Positions 8,845-16,855 of a DNA stretch of 34,644 nt are shown here, piece by piece. Below the pieces are notes generated by a model. It ran no database searches and was not told the origin of the DNA. It worked only from the letters and a program-made list of their open reading frames with translations. Within the stretch, counting starts at the first letter, position 1, and the number at the start of each line of letters is the position of its first letter. The translations under genes were made by a program, and so were the position numbers. Source of the stretch: a virus (lineage: Duplodnaviria; Caudoviricetes); the IMG/VR virus record IMGVR_UViG_3300024996_000121, positions 1 to 34,644 of that record; one strand, 5' to 3'.

Positions 8845-10599
8845 TCAGCTGACGACCGACAGGCGCGGACGCGTCGTCGGTGCGGGGTCGGTGATGCGCA
8901 GTGCCAGCGCATCGATATCGGATTCGGCGATGCCGTCCGGGTACCACTCACGGACCAGGGCGGCCTCGGCGGGGTCGACAGCTCGGCCCAGGCGTGCGCG
9001 CAGCTCGAACAGCGCCTGCACATGGGTGAGCGGCTTCAGATCGACGTGCACCGGATCGGGCACGTCCATGTCGGTGCCGCGACGCAGGATGTGGCTGGGC
9101 GCGGCAGCGGCCTTTTCGTGGATGTGCTTGAACGGGTCGATCTTGCCGTCGAAGGCCAAGCGGCCCTTGTTGCGCGCGGCGATGGCATCGAGCGTGTCAC
9201 GCTCGCCGTAGGTGGCCTCGTTGAGGTCTTTGCGTGCGGTGTCGACGTCGGTGTCGGGCTTGCTGGCGTAGCTTTCGCCGAAGGCTGGCGCGTTGACGAA
9301 AAAGCCCGCGTTGTCGGTGGCGATCGGCTCGCATTCGACATAGCGCGTCGAGCCATCCTCGGCCTCGCCGATGATGAAGATGCTGGGTGCGCGGTACGGG
9401 TTGACGGCCACGGTGACCGACTCGCCCACACGCACGTTCGGCACGGCCTCCACCGAATACACCGCCGGCTGGTAGCCCTTCGGCGTGAACTGCACGGTGA
9501 GGTTGCCCTTGACGACGCGGCTCACCGGCTTGCTGTGCATCAACACCTGGCACAGCTCGACGGGCGGGCACAGGCGCAACTGCTCCTGGCGGATCGTTTG
9601 CCACAGACCGTCGCGCGTGTGTTTGTGGCGGCTGTGGATCGCGGTGCCGTTAAACGCGCGCAGCCACTGGTCCATCTCGGCATTGAGCTGCTCGACGCTG
9701 TTGATGCGAGCGAACGTCAGCACACCCTCGAACTTGCGCTCGATGATGTTGTGCACGCCCTCGACCTGGCCCTTGGCGCGCGGGTTGCCCGGCACGTGCG
9801 TCCAGTGGCGGATCATCAGCGCCGTGAGCAGCGCGCCGATGGCGTGGCTCATGTTGGCGCTGCCGGCGTCCCAGACCAGCATCCACGGCACGCCATGCAT
9901 GACGTGGCCGTTGTCGGCTGACATCGCCCACATCATGAATTCGAACAGCGTGGCCTGGTCTTCGCCGGCCACGTTGTAGTAGCGCGACAGCACGTTGCCG
10001 GTGTAGTGATCCGTGCAGGCGTAGCGCATCACGCGTTGGTTGCTGACCTTGGCCAGGTCCACCGGCTTGCGCACGTTGAACTTGCGCTCGTCCATCACGC
10101 CGACGCGGCCGTTGCGCAGGTAGTACAAGACGCACACCGACGCATCGAGCTCCCACACGTGGTTCGGGTGGTTGCTGCGCATGTTGACGTGGGGCGATGG
10201 GCGGGCGAGCTGCCGCGGATGGCAGTCGTGCCGGCGCATCAGGCGCAGCATGGTTTCCGAGGAGACGCGCTCGGCCAGCAGCCCGTTGGCCAGGGCCATG
10301 TCGATGGCATCGCCGACCGGAAGCAGCTCTTTGCCGGTCTGCCGCTGCGACGCGCGCAGGATGCCCGCTACCGCCATGACCTCGGCTTCCGTGACACGGC
10401 TGTCGCCCTTGTCGGTGCGCAGCTTGCGGCCACTGCTCCAGCCCACGGCGCGCAGACGGTCGTACAGGGTCGGCTTGCTCACGCCGAGCCAGCGCGCGGC
10501 TTCATCGATCAATGGCCCGCGCTGGCCATGCCCGGCCGCGTGCAAGCGGCTGGCCACGCTGCGCAGGTAATCCATCTGAGCGAGCTCCCCCTGGTGCAC
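8845..10599 (-). CDS. transposase A (DDE/integrase-core, Mu-like)
   Basis: N-terminal HTH; WELDAS, LVWDAGSAN and PGNPRAKGQVEGVH give the D-D-E triad. Confidence 0.95.
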   Translation of the reverse strand: MHQGELAQMDYLRSVASRLHAAGHGQRGPLIDEAARWLGVSKPTLYDRLRAVGWSSGRKLRTDKGDSRVTEAEVMAVAGILRASQRQTGKELLPVGDAIDMALANGLLAERVSSETMLRLMRRHDCHPRQLARPSPHVNMRSNHPNHVWELDASVCVLYYLRNGRVGVMDERKFNVRKPVDLAKVSNQRVMRYACTDHYTGNVLSRYYNVAGEDQATLFEFMMWAMSADNGHVMHGVPWMLVWDAGSANMSHAIGALLTALMIRHWTHVPGNPRAKGQVEGVHNIIERKFEGVLTFARINSVEQLNAEMDQWLRAFNGTAIHSRHKHTRDGLWQTIRQEQLRLCPPVELCQVLMHSKPVSRVVKGNLTVQFTPKGYQPAVYSVEAVPNVRVGESVTVAVNPYRAPSIFIIGEAEDGSTRYVECEPIATDNAGFFVNAPAFGESYASKPDTDVDTARKDLNEATYGERDTLDAIAARNKGRLAFDGKIDPFKHIHEKAAAAPSHILRRGTDMDVPDPVHVDLKPLTHVQALFELRARLGRAVDPAEAALVREWYPDGIAESDIDALALRITDPAPTTRPRLSVVS

Positions 10600-10601
10600 G
10601 G

Positions 10602-11447
10602 TTATTCGCCCAGCAGGTCGGCGAGGTCGCGGAGCTGATCGGCCGCCCAGCGGGCGTTGCCGTCCAGCCGCTCGGCAATGTCGCCCTCAACCGCGGCGCC
10701 AGCATCGGCATACAACTGTTCGACGTCGCCGAATGCCTTGCGCAGTCGGGCGATGTGCGAGGCGGCCTCGACCACCGCCTCGTCGGCATCGCGCAGGATG
10801 TCTTCCGCGGCAGCGCGCAACTTGTTCGCATCGCTGCCCCGGCGCTTGTCGCGGGTGAGCTTGTTGATGCGTTCGTCCTTCGCGCGGATGATCTCCTCGT
10901 CGGTGCTTTTTTCGTCCTGGCGCTCGGCGCGTTCGGCGCGCAGCGTGGCCTTGAGCTCGCGCACCGACATGCTGTCCACCTCGTCGAGCGTGAGGCCGGC
11001 AAGTGTGCCGCCGTGCTCCAGGGCGTCGAGCGTGTCGTCGTCTTCGCTGAGCAGCTCCAGCACCTTCGAGCTTCCCAGCGTTTGCAGCTTCGGCAGTCCC
11101 TGCACTTTCACCGCGGTCTGAATGGCGCGACGCGCGAAACGCTCGCTCAGATCCAGGCGATCGAGCACCCCGCGGTACGTGGTGGGATCCTCGCGCTCGC
11201 GGATCTCGGCCAACATCACGCCGATCTCGATTAGGCGTTGCCCCGTTTCCTGCATGTTGAGGCGGATGCGCGCCACGTACGACTCGACGTGGTACGGCAT
11301 CACGATGCCAAGGGTTTCCTCGACCGCCGAAACGTTGGCGGCAATCTTCTTCAGCGCGTCGCCGGCGGCGATCAGCTCGCCGTGGTTGATGGTCTTGTCG
11401 ACCGCGTTGAGCTCGTCTGCGGTGCGTGCTTTGCTGGGGCGTGCCAT
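10602..11447 (-). CDS. DUF3102-like early protein upstream of transposase
   Basis: IEIGVMLAEIRERE, LTLDEVDSMSVRELKATLR; AAGGAG RBS. Confidence 0.75.
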   Translation of the reverse strand: MARPSKARTADELNAVDKTINHGELIAAGDALKKIAANVSAVEETLGIVMPYHVESYVARIRLNMQETGQRLIEIGVMLAEIREREDPTTYRGVLDRLDLSERFARRAIQTAVKVQGLPKLQTLGSSKVLELLSEDDDTLDALEHGGTLAGLTLDEVDSMSVRELKATLRAERAERQDEKSTDEEIIRAKDERINKLTRDKRRGSDANKLRAAAEDILRDADEAVVEAASHIARLRKAFGDVEQLYADAGAAVEGDIAERLDGNARWAADQLRDLADLLGE

Positions 11448-11463
11448 GTGTTGCTCCTTGGGG

Positions 11464-11769
11464 TTAACGATCGACGCTGAAGCGTTGTGCGGTCTCGTCG
11501 ACACGCTTGCGGGCTTCACCGAGTGAGTTGAGAACGCGCAGCGCGATCTGGCCCACGCGCGGGGTGATGCGCCAGGCACCGGTGTCGAGCGTCTCGGCCA
11601 TGCCGGCCTCGCGCAGGTTGGCCAGGTCGCGGGTGACATTGCTGGCGCTGGTGTGCACGGCCTTGGCCACCTCGCCGGGCGCCAGGCCCATCACTTCGTG
11701 GCCGGCGAGCAGCATCAGGATTTTCAACACGCGCTGCTGTGCGGCGTTGATGTAGTTGGGTGCACTCAT
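11464..11769 (-). CDS. IclR-like HTH DNA-binding protein
   Basis: QQRVLKILMLLAGHEVMGLAPGEVAKAVHTSASNVTRDLANL. Confidence 0.85.
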   Translation of the reverse strand: MSAPNYINAAQQRVLKILMLLAGHEVMGLAPGEVAKAVHTSASNVTRDLANLREAGMAETLDTGAWRITPRVGQIALRVLNSLGEARKRVDETAQRFSVDR

Positions 11770-12233
11770 GACAGGGGCAGCTCCGGTTGGGCGTGCCGCT
11801 CGACTTGCGCGCGCTCATGCGCCAGCCGGGTCATCGCGGCGGTGAGGTGGTCAGCCGTGTCGGCCGCATCGGCCTTACCCTCGGCGAAGCGCAGCAGCGC
11901 TCCGATCGCCGCCGTGCACGATTCCTGCAGGGCGTGGATGTCGCTACCAAGCGGCAGCCGTCCAGTGGGCATGTCGATCACCAGCTTGCGTGCGCTGGTG
12001 GCCAAATATTCCGTGATGTAGCAGCGGCCGCACGCGAGCTCGAAGCCCGCGATCTTCTTTGCGGGGATGCTGCCGGACTCGATCCACTTGTAGATCGTCC
12101 ACTTCGATTCGCCGACCAGGTCGCCGATGCGCTCCACCGACGAGCGGTCGTTTTCCTGGGCGAACTTCACGCAGCCCTCGACCGCTTCCTGCAGGCTGGC
12201 GGGTCGCCAGGTCTTCCAATTGCGGCGGCTCAT
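11766..12233 (-). CDS. phage regulatory HTH protein (CII-like)
   Basis: SVERIGDLVGESKWTIYKWIESG HTH; ends QPELPL; typical of B3-like early regions. Confidence 0.75.
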   Translation of the reverse strand: MSRRNWKTWRPASLQEAVEGCVKFAQENDRSSVERIGDLVGESKWTIYKWIESGSIPAKKIAGFELACGRCYITEYLATSARKLVIDMPTGRLPLGSDIHALQESCTAAIGALLRFAEGKADAADTADHLTAAMTRLAHERAQVERHAQPELPLS

Positions 12234-12365
12234 TGCGCACCCCGCATGGCAGCTGGGCTGGCGAAGGTCCAAACTCGGCCGGGATTTGCCCTTGTGCAAA
12301 TCGCTTGCAGCGGGTGAAATGGTGGCCGCCAGGTTGAACTGGGCTCACACCAAAGGACTGCGCAC

Positions 12366-12638
12366 ATGACACAAGACGAATTCACGGAGCTCTCGGCGCG
12401 CTGCGAGGCGGTGACCCGCGTCGTACTGCACCTAGCCGTGTCGTTGGAGGAGCGCGGCGTCATCGACGGCCACCGGCTTCAGGAGAACTTGCTGGACACG
12501 CTCCCGCAGGGTTCGCCGCTGATGGATCGAACGGCGCAACTGCTGCAGGAGGTGGTGGGCACCTATTCGGACGCGCGTAGCCGGCGCCGAACAATGGCTT
12601 TGTGGTCGGGAAACCGGCCGGATCGAAACGATGGCTAG
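12366..12638 (+). CDS. antisense-oriented small hypothetical protein
   Basis: AAAGGA RBS; helical protein-like 90-aa sequence. Confidence 0.7.
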   Translation: MTQDEFTELSARCEAVTRVVLHLAVSLEERGVIDGHRLQENLLDTLPQGSPLMDRTAQLLQEVVGTYSDARSRRRTMALWSGNRPDRNDG

Positions 12639-12666
12639 ACATGCTCTCCCCCTGTGGATGCATGGG

Positions 12667-12975
12667 TTAACCTGCCGCGCTCATGGCGGCGAGGGTGTAG
12701 GCCGGTGCGACCGGCGGCGTGATGCCGACCAGCAACGCGTCGCCGGTCAGCAGCGCCAGCTCGGCCTCGCGGGCGTCCGGCGTGTAGAACACGTGCGTCA
12801 CGGTCAGGAAGCGGTGAAGCGGATTGCCCGGCTCCCGGCTGGCGTACATCAAGTTCTGGGCGGCCTTGTCCAAGCGAAGCTGGAACAGGCCAATGGGCTC
12901 GCCGCCGCGCCGCGTGGTGTGCAACTGCGCGTGGTGCCTGGCATCGGCGAAGGTGAAGGTGTGAGTTGTGGACAT
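12667..12975 (-). CDS. hypothetical protein
   Basis: GGAG RBS; start MSTTHTF. Confidence 0.65.
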   Translation of the reverse strand: MSTTHTFTFADARHHAQLHTTRRGGEPIGLFQLRLDKAAQNLMYASREPGNPLHRFLTVTHVFYTPDAREAELALLTGDALLVGITPPVAPAYTLAAMSAAG

Positions 12976-12999
12976 GCATGTGCTCCGTGTGGGCATGAC

Positions 13000-13272
13000 T
13001 CAGCCCAACGCCGCGCGAAGCGCGTCGAGGGCCTTGGAAACGCGATAGGTAATGGGCTTGGCGTAGTGCTGTGGCCACAGTTCGCACAGCTTCAACCCCG
13101 TGAACCATGCGATTTGTCGTTCGACATGGTCGCTACGACGTTTGCCGTTGATTACGTCGAACACCAGCTTGGGCGAAGCACCGATGTGTCGCGCAACGTG
13201 GGACGGCGTGAATGGCATGGAGGGCTCGGTCTCAGCCAGTTTCAGAGCCGCCTTGATGAATATCGGATGCAT
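13000..13272 (-). CDS. Ner-like HTH regulator, paralog 2
   Basis: MHPIFIKAAL...VINGKRRSDHVERQIA...ELWPQHY; GGAGGAG RBS. Confidence 0.8.
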   Translation of the reverse strand: MHPIFIKAALKLAETEPSMPFTPSHVARHIGASPKLVFDVINGKRRSDHVERQIAWFTGLKLCELWPQHYAKPITYRVSKALDALRAALG

Positions 13273-13287
13273 GCGGTGCGCTCCTCC

Positions 13288-13608
13288 CTAACCTGCCAAG
13301 GCGCGAAGCGCCTCGGTGATCTGGGCGGGAGAGGCATGGCGGCGGCGCGTCGGTTCGCGGACGTGCCACTGTGGCCACAGTTCTTCGAGCGGCATCTGCA
13401 GAATTGCGGCGATGCGGTTCTCGATCTTGCGACTACGCCCACGGCCATTGATGACCATGTTCACCGTGCTGCGGCTGATCGAGTTGCCGCGCCCCTTTTT
13501 GAATTCACGCGCGATATCGGCTTGCGTGTAACCGTTGAGCGCCAAGCCATACTTGATCACCAAGGCACGTTCCTTCGCGGCCAATTCAGCGGGTGCGTTG
13601 GTATTCAT
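13288..13608 (-). CDS. Ner-like HTH regulator, paralog 1 (first early gene)
   Basis: YTQADIARE...SRSTVNMVINGRGRSRKIENRIA...ELWPQW; GAGGAG RBS. Confidence 0.85.
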   Translation of the reverse strand: MNTNAPAELAAKERALVIKYGLALNGYTQADIAREFKKGRGNSISRSTVNMVINGRGRSRKIENRIAAILQMPLEELWPQWHVREPTRRRHASPAQITEALRALAG

Positions 13609-13625
13609 TGGTCTCCTCAACCGAC

Positions 13626-13645
13626 AGCGGCGAACGTTTGCCGCT
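13626..13645. promoter_or_regulatory. palindrome copy 3, AGCGGCGAACGTTTGCCGCT (1 mismatch)
   Basis: 19/20 match to the core of the 3263 and 3802 palindromes; in the early leader. Confidence 0.6.
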
Positions 13646-13646
13646 T

Positions 13647-13696
13647 ACATGTTCAATTCACGAGTGTATTGAACATGTGTATTGATCATATGTCAA
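13647..13696. promoter_or_regulatory. divergent promoter/operator region
   Basis: AT-rich; inverted repeat ACATGTTCAAT-N10-ATTGAACATGT (13647-13678) plus overlapping repeats GTGTATTGAACAT / GTGTATTGATCAT. Confidence 0.75.
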
Positions 13697-13720
13697 GGGC
13701 CGCGTCGTGGGGGCGTCGAC

Positions 13721-14116
13721 ATGCATCCCGCTGAGATCAAGATGGCGCTCGAGATCAAGGGCTATTCGCAGGCCGCAGTCGCCGACGCATGTGGCGTGGG
13801 GCGCTCAGCCGTCGGCATGGTTGTCAACGGCCGCGGACGCAGCAGACAGGTCGAGGAGTGGATCGCGACGGCCACCGGGCGCACGTTGCTGGAGCTGTGG
13901 CCGCAGTGGTATGGCGAAGGCGAATTGACGCTCTCGGATGATGAGCGCCAGCTTGTGCTGGCCTATCGCAAGATGAGCGCCGTTGATCGTCTGCAGTTGC
14001 TAGCGACGACGCAGCGGGGCGTGTCGCAAGGCCGCCAAGTGCATGCGGTTGGAGGAAGTGTCGCGGCAGGCGGCGATGTCAACATCGGCAGCAAGAGCGG
14101 GCGTCGAAGAAAGTAA
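13721..14116 (+). CDS. probable immunity repressor: Ner-like HTH + helical domain + Gly/Val tail
   Basis: Divergent from early operon; MHPAEIKMAL...ELWPQWY, LSDDERQLVLAYRKMS. Confidence 0.8.
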   Translation: MHPAEIKMALEIKGYSQAAVADACGVGRSAVGMVVNGRGRSRQVEEWIATATGRTLLELWPQWYGEGELTLSDDERQLVLAYRKMSAVDRLQLLATTQRGVSQGRQVHAVGGSVAAGGDVNIGSKSGRRRK

Positions 14117-14167
14117 AGACGCCTTGGTACAAGATAGCTTCGACGATCAAAACAGGGGAGACCAACA

Positions 14168-14686
14168 ATGTACTTCTACCGCTTCGCGGCGCTCTTCGTC
14201 GTTTGTGTGTTGCTCACTGGGTGCAAGGCGATGATGTATCACCCCTTCGGCTATTTGACGCAGACATCAAACGTGGAGCCGCAGGCGGCGTTCGATCAGG
14301 CCGCGCTGCAGAACGGGATACGTCCGGGCCACGCGATCGTTCGAGGCCAGGCATTTTCCAAGACTGTGGGTGGTGACGTGAAATATGGCGCAGGCAACGA
14401 CGTCCTGTTGCTGCCGAGTACCGACTACGCCAACCAGTGCATCCGCATTCTTGCGACGGCAACGTCGGATTGCGGCACGAAACTGAAGCCCTATGTGCGC
14501 GTCGTGCAAGCGGATGGGGAAGGAAGGTTCGAGTTCAACGGTGTGGCTCCGGGTTCGTACATCGTCACCACGATCATCACTTGGGGCGTCCCAACGGGTT
14601 ATGGAATCCGCCAGACCGGCGGCCCGGTGACCGCGATCGCGAACGTTGTCAACGACACTGACGAAGTGACAGTAAGCGTGCATTGA
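14168..14686 (+). CDS. lipoprotein with carboxypeptidase-regulatory/prealbumin-like beta domain
   Basis: Signal peptide with lipobox LTGC; ADGEGRFEFNGVAPGSYIV motif; GGGGAG RBS. Confidence 0.85.
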   Translation: MYFYRFAALFVVCVLLTGCKAMMYHPFGYLTQTSNVEPQAAFDQAALQNGIRPGHAIVRGQAFSKTVGGDVKYGAGNDVLLLPSTDYANQCIRILATATSDCGTKLKPYVRVVQADGEGRFEFNGVAPGSYIVTTIITWGVPTGYGIRQTGGPVTAIANVVNDTDEVTVSVH

Positions 14687-14755
14687 TTGAGCGGCACACG
14701 CGGCTCCTGGCACGGACCGTGCTGCATCTCGGCTAGGGTGTAATCGGGGGCGGGG

Positions 14756-15076
14756 ATGGTGCAGGGATGCGGCAACAACGTACGTAATATTGTCGCAAAT
14801 CGACACAGCGTGGCAGCAGGGCGCGACATCAACCTCATCATCTACCATGACCTTGCCGAGCGGCTCGAACACCGCGCGCACCATCCTTGCGCTGTAAGCT
14901 GCCAGTGGTGCGGGTTGCGCGGACAGCCCCCGCTCACGGATGCGTGCCTGTATTGCGGCGCGCGCATCGGGAGGACGCGCAAGCGACCGTATTTGCTCGC
15001 CCTCCTGTGTGCCTGGGCGGGCCGCAAACTTTGCGGCGTTGTATGCTGGGCGGGCGGTGAGGGAGACCGCCATTAG
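14756..15076 (+). CDS. Zn-ribbon protein with N-terminal SVAAGRDIN motif and hydrophobic C-terminus
   Basis: CQWC...CLYC pairs; basic stretch followed by YLLALLCAWAG. Confidence 0.6.
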   Translation: MVQGCGNNVRNIVANRHSVAAGRDINLIIYHDLAERLEHRAHHPCAVSCQWCGLRGQPPLTDACLYCGARIGRTRKRPYLLALLCAWAGRKLCGVVCWAGGEGDRH

Positions 15077-15118
15077 TAGCCGGCGCTAAAAGACCGCGCA
15101 CCTTTCATCGGGCACTTT
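15073..15118 (+). promoter_or_regulatory. putative Mor-activated late promoter (lysis operon)
   Basis: TTAGTAGCCGGCGCTAAAAGAC, 20/22 identical to 22166-22187; same spacing to a GGCAnnTT element. Confidence 0.7.
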
Positions 15119-15125
15119 GTGCCCC

Positions 15126-15455
15126 ATGAACAAGCACTCGTTTCTGGGACTCCTTTGGCTCCGCCTGGTGGCGGCCTGGCCAATGCTGCGCGATAAGCTG
15201 CGCGCCACCCCACTGCTGCTGCTGGGCTCGGTCACGTTCGGCGTTGTCCTGCTGATGAACCCGGCAAAAGTCGGGTTGCTGATTTGGGGTGCCAGCCGCA
15301 TCGGCTTGTACGCCTATCTGGGTTACTGGGTCGATCGCGTCCTGTTTCCGGACGCGCGCCCGCACGTGCTCACCGGTATCGCCCAAGGTACGGCGTGGAA
15401 GCGGCGCGCGTTGATCGTGGCCGCCGCGCTCCTCGCCGGGGCGTTGCTGCCGTGA
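15126..15455 (+). CDS. holin (2/3-TM type)
   Basis: TM segments, GYWVDRVLFPDARP and KRRALIVAA motifs; precedes endolysin. Confidence 0.85.
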   Translation: MNKHSFLGLLWLRLVAAWPMLRDKLRATPLLLLGSVTFGVVLLMNPAKVGLLIWGASRIGLYAYLGYWVDRVLFPDARPHVLTGIAQGTAWKRRALIVAAALLAGALLP

Positions 15456-16195
15456 GGCTCTGCACCTGGTGCATGGCGTTTGGCATTGCGTTGATGCTGC
15501 TGAGCTTGCTGCGCATGGTGTACGACATCCGTCAGCGTCGCGACGGGGTCGTGCCGAAGCGCGGCGCGTGGATGCGCACGTGGGTAATGTATTGGATCGG
15601 CGTTGTCGCGTTTTTGGGTTCCGGACTGCCGACCAATGCGGCGCCCGCTGTGCACATCCCCACGTCGTCGGTGCGCTATCGCGTGCAGCTGGAGCGTGCG
15701 GCGGGCTCGCAGTGGGGAATCAATGCGCCGGTGGCTCGCATAGCCGCGCAGTTGCACCAGGAGTCGGGGTGGAATCCGCAGGCGCGCAGCGTCTTCGCGC
15801 AGGGGCTGTCGCAGTTCACGCCGCGCACCGCGGCATGGATCCCTGAGATCTGCCCCTCGCTCGGCGAGCCGGACCCGTGGGACCCGGCGTGGTCAATACA
15901 CGCCGCCGTCTGCTACGACGGCTGGCTACTCGATCGAGCGCCTGGCACAACCACATGCGATCGCTGGGCGATGACGCTCAGCGCATACAACGGAGGTGAG
16001 GTCGCGCGTGACCGCGAACGCACCGCAGCCTACGAGGCGCGCGATTCGCCCGACCGTTGGTTTGGCCAGGTGGAGCGGTACCGGTCACGCAGTGCCGCCG
16101 CCTGGCGTGAAAACCGCAACTACGTGCGCCGGATCCTGCTTGTGCTGGAGCCGGCGTACATCACCGCAGGTTGGCCCGGAACGGTGGCTTGCTGA
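15452..16195 (+). CDS. endolysin, SLT lytic transglycosylase with hydrophobic N-terminus
   Basis: AQLHQESGWNP, AQGLSQFTPRTA, SAYNGG, ENRNYVRRI. Confidence 0.9.
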   Translation: MRLCTWCMAFGIALMLLSLLRMVYDIRQRRDGVVPKRGAWMRTWVMYWIGVVAFLGSGLPTNAAPAVHIPTSSVRYRVQLERAAGSQWGINAPVARIAAQLHQESGWNPQARSVFAQGLSQFTPRTAAWIPEICPSLGEPDPWDPAWSIHAAVCYDGWLLDRAPGTTTCDRWAMTLSAYNGGEVARDRERTAAYEARDSPDRWFGQVERYRSRSAAAWRENRNYVRRILLVLEPAYITAGWPGTVAC

Positions 16196-16638
16196 TGAAA
16201 TACGTCTGCGCGTTAGCAGTGATGTTGGCACTGGCCGGCGCGCTGGAATGGCACGGCCACAACCGTGGTTACGAGGCCGGGGTGGCGGACACCAACCAAG
16301 CCGCGGACAAAAAGGTGAACGCCGCCAAGGCAACAGCTGCGGAGGCCATCGCCGCGCGCGACGCCACGGCCCTGACGCTGGCCAATGTGGAGCGCACGTT
16401 GTCGGCAAAGAAGGACGAACTGAAGCTGGCCAACTTCTATGCCGACGCCGCGATGGACGAAAGCGCCGGGCTGCGAAAAAAACTGGCGACGAAGACTACC
16501 GCACGTGAAATCGACTTGAGGAAAGCTGCTCATGATTCGCCCGCTTGTGCCGACCTTGCTCGTCTGCCTATTTGTCCTGCCGTTGCTGAGCGGCTGTGGG
16601 GAAAAGCGTTCGGCAATCCGGCCGACGCCCGTCGTTGA
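16195..16638 (+). CDS. i-spanin (Rz-like)
   Basis: N-terminal TM plus Ala-rich coiled coil; follows endolysin. Confidence 0.8.
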   Translation: MKYVCALAVMLALAGALEWHGHNRGYEAGVADTNQAADKKVNAAKATAAEAIAARDATALTLANVERTLSAKKDELKLANFYADAAMDESAGLRKKLATKTTAREIDLRKAAHDSPACADLARLPICPAVAERLWGKAFGNPADARR

Positions 16639-16855
16639 GGTACCGGTCCCGGCATACCGGCCGTTACCTGCAGCGTTGACCGTGCCGATCGCCGAGCCGG
16701 CGCCACCGGCTGCGCGTTGCAGCTGGCTTGGCCGTCCGACTGTGTGCGCGTTCGACGGGTTGGCGCAGATCACGCTATGGCGCGGCAAGTTGCAGCAGTG
16801 CAACGCGGACCGCGCGACCTCGGCGAAAGTAACCCAACCACCAGGGGACAAGTAA
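16532..16855 (+). CDS. o-spanin (Rz1-like lipoprotein)
   Basis: Lipobox LSGC, Pro-rich, overlaps i-spanin 3' end. Confidence 0.85.
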   Translation: MIRPLVPTLLVCLFVLPLLSGCGEKRSAIRPTPVVEVPVPAYRPLPAALTVPIAEPAPPAARCSWLGRPTVCAFDGLAQITLWRGKLQQCNADRATSAKVTQPPGDK

